Of a stretch of DNA of 64,000 nt, positions 28,640-36,574 are shown in pieces; the first letter of the stretch is position 1, and every line of letters begins with the position of its first letter. The stretch is from a virus. The translations under genes and the position numbers were made by a program. A model generated the notes under the pieces. That model was not told where the DNA came from. It did not search any database and saw only the letters and a list, made by a program, of their open reading frames with translations. The DNA is taken from the IMG/VR virus record IMGVR_UViG_2716884766_000001, positions 32,001 through 96,000 of that record. One strand, written 5' to 3'.

Positions 28640-28787
28640 GGTATTTATTCTTACTTTGAGACTTAATCCTCTTACTATTAGATATCATATCACCATAGCC
28701 ACTTCTCTCTAGATCCTCAATATCATTCATTTCTCTCATTTTCTGTGAGAATGACTCTTTTTTGTATCTTTTGCTACTTTTTCCCAT
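28626..28787 (-). CDS. Small charged hypothetical protein (53 aa)
   Basis: Not in track; reads MGKSSKRYKKESFSQKMREMNDIEDLERSGYG.... Confidence 0.5.
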   Translation of the reverse strand: MGKSSKRYKKESFSQKMREMNDIEDLERSGYGDMISNSKRIKSQSKNKYHEDY

Positions 28788-28789
28788 TC

Positions 28790-29089
28790 CTATACTATTT
28801 GAGATAAAGTACCATTTCTTACCAGTTCATTAAATTTCTTCCCTAGTGAGAGATGTTGCTCCTTTACAAACTTTTCTATCTCTTTCACAAATTCTGAGAG
28901 GTTCTCAGTATAGTTATAGAAATATTCAGTATCTCTACCTTGGAAGATTATTCCCACTTTCCCATCTTTTATTTGAATCTGGTTAATAGCTGTACTTATC
29001 TCAGAAATGTCAAAAACGACATCTTTTACCACTTTCCGCGACTTTCTGCGTTTTGTAGCGGTTTTTACCTTTTTCGCAGTTTCTGCCAT
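28790..29089 (-). CDS. Hypothetical protein, weakly KTSC-like, with a basic N-terminus
   Basis: STAINQI....V.IIF.....Y.Y...SLGKKFN pattern. Confidence 0.45.
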   Translation of the reverse strand: MAETAKKVKTATKRRKSRKVVKDVVFDISEISTAINQIQIKDGKVGIIFQGRDTEYFYNYTENLSEFVKEIEKFVKEQHLSLGKKFNELVRNGTLSQIV

Positions 29090-29114
29090 GTTCCTTTGTT
29101 TTTGTTATATTCTA

Positions 29115-29208
29115 ATTATATCAGAGATTCTCGGAGAAAATACCAAAAGTGGACAGTTTTATTTCTGGCACACTCTCGCTTGACTTTCGAGTGACCGCAG
29201 GCTAAGAC
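29115..29208. promoter_or_regulatory. Bidirectional palindrome-promoter element, copy 6
   Basis: Minus-strand TGATATAAT, 28 bp, GTGGACAG-TTTTATTT-CTGGCAC (29149-29171); plus-strand TTGACT-N17-TAAGAC. Confidence 0.7.
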
Positions 29209-29295
29209 AGCAATTCCTCCGCACATTCTGGAGGTATTCTGTACATATTCTAAGGTCACTCTATTCTCACTCTAGTTCTCTCAGATACATTTATT

Positions 29296-29502
29296 TTAAC
29301 ATTTAATTAAACTACGATTTATAGTCCCATGCTCTGAATAAGTAGAAGCATCGTCCAACAAAACAGTTAAGTTCTTGAAAGGACCATAGAATCTGTTAGA
29401 GTTATCATAACTCCAAAAGTGCCCCTTCCGCGTGTTCTTCGTAACTATGGTCACTGATCCCTTTGAGGTTGAGATCACTGTCTTCGATGCTTGATTCCAC
29501 AT
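29296..29502 (-). CDS. Hypothetical protein (start MWNQ; overlaps the upstream ORF)
   Basis: GHFWSY...FYGPFK motif; ~100-nt overlap with 29405-29728. Confidence 0.4.
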   Translation of the reverse strand: MWNQASKTVISTSKGSVTIVTKNTRKGHFWSYDNSNRFYGPFKNLTVLLDDASTYSEHGTINRSLIKC

Positions 29503-29728
29503 AGGATTTAATAAGTTTAACTGATGACCAGAGATGACGATAGATACAAACATTGACTTGTCTGTCTCTACTACTCTCTGTTCCCTCTATTGTTAAAGTG
29601 AAGTATGATGTTGGTGTATGCTTATGTAGATGATTAGGTGTTGCTATACAAATACAATTTACATAGCCTCTATACCCATCTACCTCTACTAAATCCCCTT
29701 GCTTGAACTGTAGTGGCATAGCATCCAT
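29405..29728 (-). CDS. Hypothetical protein (SH3/KOW-like N-terminus)
   Basis: FKQGDLVEVDGYRGYVNCIC; CTAAATA late-type motif ~15 nt upstream. Confidence 0.55.
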   Translation of the reverse strand: MDAMPLQFKQGDLVEVDGYRGYVNCICIATPNHLHKHTPTSYFTLTIEGTESSRDRQVNVCIYRHLWSSVKLIKSYVESSIEDSDLNLKGISDHSYEEHAEGALLEL

Positions 29729-29749
29729 ATCAATACTGACTCTATTTAG

Positions 29750-29818
29750 ATTGGGTGCGAGAAAACAAAACGGTCTGGATACACACAGTTAAAGTATCCA
29801 AGTGGTTTGTTTTCCCTG
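29750..29818 (-). ncRNA. Putative structured small RNA or 5' leader: a long hairpin starting at the predicted TSS
   Basis: GGGAAAACAAA pairs with UUUGUUUUCUC and UUGGAUAC pairs with GUAUCCAG; begins ~7 nt after a consensus -10 box. Confidence 0.6.
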
Positions 29819-29823
29819 AGTAT

Positions 29824-29852
29824 ATTATAGTCTGTTAGTGTGTATGTGTCAA
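29824..29852 (-). promoter_or_regulatory. Consensus sigma70 promoter
   Basis: Exact TTGACA-N17-TATAAT on the minus strand. Confidence 0.85.
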
Positions 29853-30418
29853 CCCATGTGTGATGGTTTATTATCTGTCCATGATAATGGTATATTGTCC
29901 ATGTTTACTGTTAAATTAAATGATAATACTGTTCTACGTTGTTCACTTGTGTGTGGATGTGTATAGTGGTGTAAGAAACTAGGAAATAGAATAAGGTCAC
30001 CTTCCTCTACCTCTGGTTCATATGTTAACTGCTCTCCTGTAATGAAGTGGTCGTATGGTGCGATGAAGTTAGTAGGTCTATGATACTTGGAGTTGTACTC
30101 AATGTATAATACTGCTGAGTATCCACCATGTCCATGATTATGTGTTGGATGATACATGTATGGGAGTGCTCGTTCATACCATGCTCTTACAATACGTGGA
30201 TCACAATTATAGTCATGTGCGAACCAACTTAGTTCATCATGTAGTATATCTGATATGTCATTGATATAATTATTGTCACCACGATAGTCAGAGAGTACTT
30301 GTTCGTCTCCCTGTACCATGTCCAGTGTGTCTATGTGTCTCAATAGCCTTTGTTTCTTCTGTTCCCACCAACTACACTTGTAGTGTGTCAGTGGTATATG
30401 AAACATGTTTATATCCAT
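29849..30418 (-). CDS. 2OG-Fe(II) oxygenase-like protein (TIGR02466-type)
   Basis: HPTHNH, YSAVLYI, EGDLILFPSFLHH and RTVLSFN. Confidence 0.8.
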   Translation of the reverse strand: MDINMFHIPLTHYKCSWWEQKKQRLLRHIDTLDMVQGDEQVLSDYRGDNNYINDISDILHDELSWFAHDYNCDPRIVRAWYERALPYMYHPTHNHGHGGYSAVLYIEYNSKYHRPTNFIAPYDHFITGEQLTYEPEVEEGDLILFPSFLHHYTHPHTSEQRRTVLSFNLTVNMDNIPLSWTDNKPSHMG

Positions 30419-31644
30419 GCTGTTGCGGGTTTACCATGCTTGAAGATAGTATCAACTGTGCGTTGTACTCTCTTTGCTGTTGCCTTACCATAGTTATTAT
30501 ATACAGGTATACTTATGAACCCTGTTGGTTTGTTGTAGTTATGGTATGCTCTAGGTCTCAATGTACCATTGCTGATATTGTTTCTATCCTGTGTGTCAAG
30601 TCGAATTACACGTCCGATAGTCTGTGCCATTTCAACTGTCGATAGGTTACGTAACAGTACAACATTAGTCAGACCAGATACATTGATACCTTCTGACAAT
30701 ATACTGTAATGAAACAGTACGAACTTCTGACCAGTAGCACTGAATGTGTCCAACTGTGTGAAGAACTGACTACGTGATACCTTCTTACCATTGATGATAG
30801 CACCATGCTTAGATGTAATAGTCATGACATTATAGTCTGCTTGACGTAGATCACGGAATAGATCTGTGAATGCCATCATAGCATTGATAATACGTGCTGA
30901 CGGTGCTGATACTAATACTCTCTCAGCATCATCAGCATTAATGACTCTTAATACTGTCTCAGCATCAATGTCTGCTACCTCTTCACGTGTCCTTACAGTG
31001 TCCACTGTGTGTACATTTACTGTCGGAGGAAGTATAGCACCACAATCAAGTAATTCATCTGCTGATACTGTGATTAGATTATTACCATATACATCCTCAT
31101 TGTTCATGCCACGTTCATGTTTAGCACTCATTTTAGGTGTAGCAGTGAAGAAGTACTTACGTCTGCTCTGCTGTGACACAATAGATGTAGCCTCAAAAAA
31201 ATTGCGTTGCGTAGTGTTGTGTGCTTCGTCACAATAGAAAGTGTCTACGAAGAACTGGTTATTTGCTATCTTGTGAAGACTATGATATGTAGTGAATAGT
31301 ATTACATGAGCACCGAATGTATGTGCTGAAGATACGAACCTCATGATGTCATCCTGTGAGGTCACAGAATAGAATGGAGAGTCACCACTGTGTACACTAC
31401 CAATCTTGTAGTTAGATACACTGTTAAGTATCTCATTGAACTCATTAGCAAGTTGTAGTGCTAACATAATACGTGGAGCAGCAACTACAGTAAGTGTAGG
31501 ATAGTCACTCTGAACTAACTGAGTACGTAAGTCCTCAATCATACAAATAGTCTTACCACCACCTGTAGGAATATACACTGTGCCATGCTCATTGTTGTAT
31601 AGAGCGTCGATAGTGCGTTCTTGATGTGGTCTGAGTGATAACAT
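30409..31644 (-). CDS. Superfamily 2 helicase/ATPase (Res-subunit-like)
   Basis: LRPHQ, PTGGGKT, DEAH, FTATP, LSEGIN and QTIGRVIR; start set at ATG 31644. Confidence 0.85.
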   Translation of the reverse strand: MLSLRPHQERTIDALYNNEHGTVYIPTGGGKTICMIEDLRTQLVQSDYPTLTVVAAPRIMLALQLANEFNEILNSVSNYKIGSVHSGDSPFYSVTSQDDIMRFVSSAHTFGAHVILFTTYHSLHKIANNQFFVDTFYCDEAHNTTQRNFFEATSIVSQQSRRKYFFTATPKMSAKHERGMNNEDVYGNNLITVSADELLDCGAILPPTVNVHTVDTVRTREEVADIDAETVLRVINADDAERVLVSAPSARIINAMMAFTDLFRDLRQADYNVMTITSKHGAIINGKKVSRSQFFTQLDTFSATGQKFVLFHYSILSEGINVSGLTNVVLLRNLSTVEMAQTIGRVIRLDTQDRNNISNGTLRPRAYHNYNKPTGFISIPVYNNYGKATAKRVQRTVDTIFKHGKPATAWI

Positions 31645-31665
31645 AGTTGCTTCGTTGTTATCACT

Positions 31666-31723
31666 ATTATAATGTAATTTGATAGTCAATTCATGTAATA
31701 GTGTACAGTTATTCTATTGTCAC
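31666..31723 (-). promoter_or_regulatory. Palindrome-promoter element, copy 7
   Basis: Minus-strand TATAAT (31666-31671), 29 bp, GTGTACAG-TTATTCTA-TTGTCAC. Confidence 0.7.
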
Positions 31724-32170
31724 AACCCCTTCGTAGATTGCCCTGTTAGCAATATATCTCTCCCATGCTCTAGCATCTATCTCCCATGGTTCATCCCAAT
31801 ACTTAGTGAAGGGAGATACTATTTGCTTATGCCATGTGCTACTACCGTCTCTCTTCTGTCCCCACTCTCCCTTGACACGTTGTTTCACGTGTACCATTTC
31901 ATGTGCGAGTGTGACTAGGTAGTCCCATTTACTGAGACCATTATGTATTTGTATCTCAAAGAATCGTGGACGTGTAGCACTGTCCAGACATAGCATCTGT
32001 CCGTACAAGCACTCTCTCTTTAATCCCTTGGTTACAATATGGAAGTCCAGTTTATACCGTTTACCGATATATTTGTCCACGAACCAATCAATGAAGGAGT
32101 CTGTGATAGTGACTCTGCGATGATAACCCGAATAGAAGATAGAATGAGACATGACCAGTGTAAAAACCAA
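31709..32170 (-). CDS. Putative zinc metallopeptidase (HExxH)
   Basis: TLAHEMVHVKQ...PWEIDA. Confidence 0.75.
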   Translation of the reverse strand: MVFTLVMSHSIFYSGYHRRVTITDSFIDWFVDKYIGKRYKLDFHIVTKGLKRECLYGQMLCLDSATRPRFFEIQIHNGLSKWDYLVTLAHEMVHVKQRVKGEWGQKRDGSSTWHKQIVSPFTKYWDEPWEIDARAWERYIANRAIYEGVVTIE

Positions 32171-32203
32171 ATGAGTGAAACGACGAAAGCTAATTTCATA
32201 TAT

Positions 32204-32353
32204 CTAAGCATACTCCCCCTTCAATATAACTAACTTCTTGTATAGTTCAACCCCATCAATGTCCTTGGGTTCCTCTGCTTCCATCATTAGACCAAGCAGA
32301 TAGTCTATTTCGTCAGGTGCTAGTGGGTTCCTGATTACCATAGGTGTGATCAT
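32204..32353 (-). CDS. Small hypothetical protein (49 aa)
   Basis: Not in track; reads MITPMVIRNPLAPDEIDYLLGLM...; follows promoter copy 8. Confidence 0.5.
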   Translation of the reverse strand: MITPMVIRNPLAPDEIDYLLGLMMEAEEPKDIDGVELYKKLVILKGEYA

Positions 32354-32368
32354 AATAAAAATCCGTTG

Positions 32369-33256
32369 TTAGTTTAATTGTAACGTATTAAAGTCCAGTG
32401 GTGTGAACTCAGTGGGCACTTCAGCAACTGAACACCTCTCCTCTGCTATTCTAACATACTCTGGTTCTTTTTCAATACCTATGAATGAACGTTCAGTAGG
32501 TAGAGCAGCAACACCAGTAGTTCCTGATCCGCAGAATGGATCCAGTATAGTTCCCTTCTCAGGGCAGTATATCTTGACTAACCACTCCATCAATGCTACT
32601 GGTTTAACAGTAGGATGGTTGTTGTTGTCTCCCTTCTCCTTACGTGTAGCACGTGGAGCATAGAAATACTTCTGGTGTGGTGCCTGTACCTCACCAACTA
32701 TATTACTTGGGTATCTGCCTTTTGGATTAGCATCCTTAGTACCAAACTCCTTCTGTGTGCCTGTTGTCTTACCATCCTTACCGAATGTCCTACGCTTGAC
32801 ACCTCCTGCTACCCACCCTGTTGGTGGTTTACCATCCCAAGGTACACGTGCGTCCTCTATATTGATCTTACCTACACCATACTTGGCATAGTTCTTCTCA
32901 ATACTACCTTCACATGGTTTCTGTGCTACCACAATAGGTTCATGTGCGGGTTTGAGTCTGTTAGTCTTAGGCATCTTGGTAGTTACCATCCACATGATCT
33001 GATCTTTGATCTCAAATCCTGCGTCCTCTACGTTCACTGCCATCCTATGATATAGTTGTGGACTACAAAATGATAGCAGGAAAGCACCAGGTTTCAGTGT
33101 CCTGTATACTTCTTGCCATAGTTCTTTTGTAGGTACACTGTAGTCCCAGTGTTCCATACCCATACCATATGGAGGGTCAGTGATACAACAATCGAATGAC
33201 ATGTCATCCCAACTGTCCAAAGCTTCTAGAGCATCACTTGAAGAAATTAAATACAT
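32369..33256 (-). CDS. DNA amino-methyltransferase, beta class (DPPY)
   Basis: ITDPPYG, HPTVKPVALM, ILDPFCGSGTT and GIE motifs; start set at ATG 33256. Confidence 0.9.
   Translation of the reverse strand: MYLISSSDALEALDSWDDMSFDCCITDPPYGMGMEHWDYSVPTKELWQEVYRTLKPGAFLLSFCSPQLYHRMAVNVEDAGFEIKDQIMWMVTTKMPKTNRLKPAHEPIVVAQKPCEGSIEKNYAKYGVGKINIEDARVPWDGKPPTGWVAGGVKRRTFGKDGKTTGTQKEFGTKDANPKGRYPSNIVGEVQAPHQKYFYAPRATRKEKGDNNNHPTVKPVALMEWLVKIYCPEKGTILDPFCGSGTTGVAALPTERSFIGIEKEPEYVRIAEERCSVAEVPTEFTPLDFNTLQLN
32377..32435 (-). promoter_or_regulatory. Palindrome-promoter element, copy 8 (inside the 3' end of the MTase gene)
   Basis: Minus-strand TACAAT (32377-32382), 29 bp, GTGGGCAC-TTCAGCAA-CTGAACAC. Confidence 0.6.
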
Positions 33257-33800
33257 TCTGTTCGCATGTAGGTCTGTCCTTATGTGTAAAGTAATCAGTA
33301 TACTCTGCTGTACCACTCTGTGTGTACATCTCTCTCAGGTAGAAATCAAATCCTCTCTCGTCTTGCCACTCTGGTAGTGCCTGATAACGAACGAGTACAT
33401 CTTTCATCTCTAATAACATTCTATCATATAATTCTCTTTTGTCCAAGGTGAGTACGTCATCACCCCAAAACAATGTAGTCTCGTTGTACTTCTTACTTGT
33501 GAATACATACAGACCTCCTGCGTGTGGTCTACCACTGTTATACATTGGTTTAGCATTCTGACTACTCTTACACTCTAAGTTGATAGTACCCCATCGTGTA
33601 GGTATTTCATAGTCAGGGAAGTTTTGAGTACCATTAGGTTGATAGGTATAGACTATACCATATTCATCTAGCATCTCACCCACTCTCTTTTCATGGTCAT
33701 CACCATTTGCCCAAGGCAGATTCTTGAGTTTAGTCAAGAGATCTGCCATCCTATTAGCATCAAGTAATGGAGATACGAAACCTATATCATTTAGTTTCAT
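33234..33800 (-). CDS. PD-(D/E)xK nuclease, restriction-endonuclease-like
   Basis: E...QPNGTQNFPDY...NLECKS catalytic pattern; overlaps the MTase start. Confidence 0.65.
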   Translation of the reverse strand: MKLNDIGFVSPLLDANRMADLLTKLKNLPWANGDDHEKRVGEMLDEYGIVYTYQPNGTQNFPDYEIPTRWGTINLECKSSQNAKPMYNSGRPHAGGLYVFTSKKYNETTLFWGDDVLTLDKRELYDRMLLEMKDVLVRYQALPEWQDERGFDFYLREMYTQSGTAEYTDYFTHKDRPTCEQNVFNFFK

Positions 33801-34057
33801 GAGTATGGACTCACTATTGTATCGCCCTTACGAGGATATGCTGCTACCTCTGGGTCTGGGTCTAACCACTTGACATACTCTCTGTCTTCAATACAACAAT
33901 CTAGTTGTGCTTGACTATCAAGATAATACATGTCGTAGTATCTCTTCTGTATGTCATTGAACTTTTGGATACGGAAGTCAGGTGCTCCGTTCTCTTCTAA
34001 CAATCCCTTCTGTACAAAACGATAGGGATATCTCTCTAGAATTACTTCTGTCTTCAT
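33797..34057 (-). CDS. Hypothetical protein
   Basis: 86-aa ORF, ATGA-coupled on both sides. Confidence 0.65.
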   Translation of the reverse strand: MKTEVILERYPYRFVQKGLLEENGAPDFRIQKFNDIQKRYYDMYYLDSQAQLDCCIEDREYVKWLDPDPEVAAYPRKGDTIVSPYS

Positions 34058-34197
34058 GATTTGTTGTCCTCGTTGAATGGTGAATTGAAATACTTGCGGT
34101 TAGCAATATACAACACTGCTAGTGCTGTGATGATGCCGAAGAATCCGATGATAAGAATCGGACTCTGTGGGAAATCGTATGTTGGAATGTTGTTCAT
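34054..34197 (-). CDS. Small single-TM protein (47 aa)
   Basis: Not in track; reads MNNIPTYDFPQSPILIIGFFGIITALAVLYIANRKYF.... Confidence 0.55.
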   Translation of the reverse strand: MNNIPTYDFPQSPILIIGFFGIITALAVLYIANRKYFNSPFNEDNKS

Positions 34198-34203
34198 TTG
34201 GAA

Positions 34204-34635
34204 TTACCTCATGTATAAGTGACCACCTGTCCAATTAATCTTGTCAGGGTTGTGTAAGAACTCTCTGTCCTTGATGATTCTCATGTCAAATCTGACATGT
34301 TTGGCAGGGTTCTGCCATGATGCTGCTTTGTATACCTCACCAGTTTTCTTGTCAATGAATGCGTGTACTGAACCATTTCTGAATCTGTTGTCGTCTTCAT
34401 CAAATGTTTGGTATACAATCTTGTAGTACTTCTTACCTTCGATTGCTTTCCATGTGTAGAGATATCTTGCGTCTCTAGTCTTGATCTCTCTTAGTTTATC
34501 AAGAGCATGGTCTGTGTATCTGTCATCAGCAACCATTCTCTGATATGAGTCAACCTGTTCGTTGTAGAAGTTATCATTGAGAGCAGTAATGTAGTCTGCT
34601 GTCCATTCTTTAACTCTGTCTTGTAAGTTAGGCAT
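34204..34635 (-). CDS. Conserved phage hypothetical protein (start MPNLQ)
   Basis: KKYYKIV...SVHAFIDKKTGEVYKAASW..PAKHVRF; AAGGAG RBS upstream. Confidence 0.7.
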   Translation of the reverse strand: MPNLQDRVKEWTADYITALNDNFYNEQVDSYQRMVADDRYTDHALDKLREIKTRDARYLYTWKAIEGKKYYKIVYQTFDEDDNRFRNGSVHAFIDKKTGEVYKAASWQNPAKHVRFDMRIIKDREFLHNPDKINWTGGHLYMR

Positions 34636-34660
34636 GTGCTCCTTTGTTTTGTATATCCTA

Positions 34661-34727
34661 ATTATAGAGCCATGTGGTACGAATAGTGAAAATAGTGGAC
34701 ACTTTTTTAACTGTCCACTCGTGTCAC
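34661..34727 (-). promoter_or_regulatory. Palindrome-promoter element, copy 9 (near-perfect arms plus an extra half-site)
   Basis: Minus-strand TATAAT (34661-34666), 28 bp, GTGGACAC-TTTTTTAA-CTGTCCAC, then GTGTCAC. Confidence 0.8.
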
Positions 34728-35659
34728 ATATCAAATGGCAACTTCGTAGGTATAGCCTTAAGCCTCTTTTGGATCAGTGATCCGTAATCTTCATGGAGCT
34801 CACACCCGATATAACTGCGATCATGTTGCTTAGCCACCATAGCTGTAGTTCCTGATCCCATAAATGGATCCAGAATTACGTCGCCTTTCCTGCTTCCTGC
34901 TAATATACATGGTTCAATCAAATCAGGAGGGAAACAAGCAAAGTGTGCTCCCTTGTATGGTTTGTTGGTTATGCTCCAAACATCTCGTTTATTTTTCCGT
35001 TCATAAGACTTGGTAAGACCACTATGAGGTTGAAGGCCAGTGCCAGGATTGTGATACTTACCCGCATCGCGGTTCCTTGTTCCCCAGTCTTGCTTGACTG
35101 GTTCTTTAATTGCTTCATTGTCATAATAATACTTTTTGTTCTTTGATAGCAGGAAGATATACTCATGTGACTTGGTACACCTGTCCTTAACTGACTCTGG
35201 CATAGGATTTGGTTTATGCCATATAATATCCTGTCTAAGATACCATCCATCTGCCCGCAATGCGAAAGCGAGCATCCATGGTATACCTATCAGGTCTTTC
35301 TCTTTCAATCCATCTAACTTATTTGCTCTCCTATTACACTGTGTAGGTAGGTCTTGTGATGTTCTACTTACTGTTTGTTTAGGTAATCCACCTGTGCCTG
35401 GTCTGTAATTATAATAGCTATCACCTATGTTCAACCACAGTACACCATCATCCTTGAGTACATCACGTACCTCACGAAATACTTCTACTAGGTTGTTAAC
35501 GAACTCTTCTGGTGTTTCTTCCTGTCCTATTTGATTTGCTTCACCACCATAGTCACGTAGTCCATAGTAAGGAGGAGAGGTGACACACATTTGAGCACTG
35601 CCACGTGGAAACTGTTTGAGTGTCTCTTTACAGTCTCCAAATAATATAAGATCTACCAT
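34724..35659 (-). CDS. DNA amino-methyltransferase, beta class (SPPY; possibly N4-cytosine)
   Basis: VTSPPYYG, LRQDIIWHKPNPMPESVKDR, HFACFP and ILDPFMGSGTT. Confidence 0.9.
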   Translation of the reverse strand: MVDLILFGDCKETLKQFPRGSAQMCVTSPPYYGLRDYGGEANQIGQEETPEEFVNNLVEVFREVRDVLKDDGVLWLNIGDSYYNYRPGTGGLPKQTVSRTSQDLPTQCNRRANKLDGLKEKDLIGIPWMLAFALRADGWYLRQDIIWHKPNPMPESVKDRCTKSHEYIFLLSKNKKYYYDNEAIKEPVKQDWGTRNRDAGKYHNPGTGLQPHSGLTKSYERKNKRDVWSITNKPYKGAHFACFPPDLIEPCILAGSRKGDVILDPFMGSGTTAMVAKQHDRSYIGCELHEDYGSLIQKRLKAIPTKLPFDM

Positions 35660-35907
35660 ATCTCTTCGTCATCCGTCCATGTGTACCTGTAGCATTCTTC
35701 ATCCTCCCAGTCAAATTCTGCCTTGTCATACTGCATCATGCGATATCCCTGCTCAGATCCAGCCCTGATATTGCTGTCTCCTTCATTCATAGACCACACC
35801 CATTGTAACCACTCTGTGATTTCATGGTCTGGGAGTGTCTCCATCATATGATCTAATAGAAATTCAAACTGAGCACGGTTGAGGTGCTTACGTTTAATCC
35901 TTGGCAC
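35653..35907 (-). CDS. Hypothetical protein
   Basis: 84-aa ORF overlapping both neighbours by a few nt. Confidence 0.55.
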   Translation of the reverse strand: MPRIKRKHLNRAQFEFLLDHMMETLPDHEITEWLQWVWSMNEGDSNIRAGSEQGYRMMQYDKAEFDWEDEECYRYTWTDDEEIW

Positions 35908-36574
35908 GTCGTTCTTTCAATAGTATTTGTTTATTGACCCACATATTGACATAATCATTTAATGACTCTTCAATATTGATATCATCTAACCAGAATTCTA
36001 CCACATATCCTGAGTGTAGCAACTTTAGTTTACCTGTCCGTTGTACGAGATATGGTTGTCCTGCTTTTACGATGTCCCCATCATACCACATATCTTGCGT
36101 TGCGACAAGTAGTCTGTCAGTACGGTCAAATATTATATCTGCGTCTATCTTATGTACTGTCCTATTATAGTATCCTATATCCTTATCAGGATCAGGACCT
36201 ATACAAATAGCACTGGCATTATCAGTCAGTGCTGTCAGTCTGGTCATACCAGCCATCTTAAAATTTAGATATGTACCTGGCTTATTGATTAATGCGTGTG
36301 GTACTCCTGCTGTCTCACTCATCCATACACCACTAGGAAATAACAGACACCTGTTGTGTAGGTAAAACTTATCTAAGTATGCTTCAGCTGGCATGTCAGA
36401 ATCCAGCCCTGAGACATTATTATTCTTATATACTCTATCTCTTACATCTTTAGGAATAGGTATCACCTTACCTTCAGGGTCATCACCGATGAACTTGAAT
36501 CCTTTTTCTACGTTGTAATAATATAATATGGTAACACCATGACCTGAGTCTTGGATTACTTTTTCACTATGCAC
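35894..36574 (-). CDS. Hypothetical protein, paralog of 36567-37328
   Basis: Shared colinear motifs (see findings). Confidence 0.7.
   Translation of the reverse strand: MHSEKVIQDSGHGVTILYYYNVEKGFKFIGDDPEGKVIPIPKDVRDRVYKNNNVSGLDSDMPAEAYLDKFYLHNRCLLFPSGVWMSETAGVPHALINKPGTYLNFKMAGMTRLTALTDNASAICIGPDPDKDIGYYNRTVHKIDADIIFDRTDRLLVATQDMWYDGDIVKAGQPYLVQRTGKLKLLHSGYVVEFWLDDINIEESLNDYVNMWVNKQILLKERRAKD

Noticed and set aside
30409-33256. SF2 helicase plus MTase read as a Type III R-M (Res/Mod) system
   Set aside because: The helicase is short, has no visible nuclease domain, has its own promoter and is separated from the MTase by two genes.
25390-34727. Repeated palindromes read as a CRISPR array or integron attC sites
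   Set aside because: Spacing is irregular (0.4-2.6 kb) with whole genes in between, the copies are degenerate, no cas or integrase gene is present, and the fixed distance to -10 boxes fits a promoter element better.
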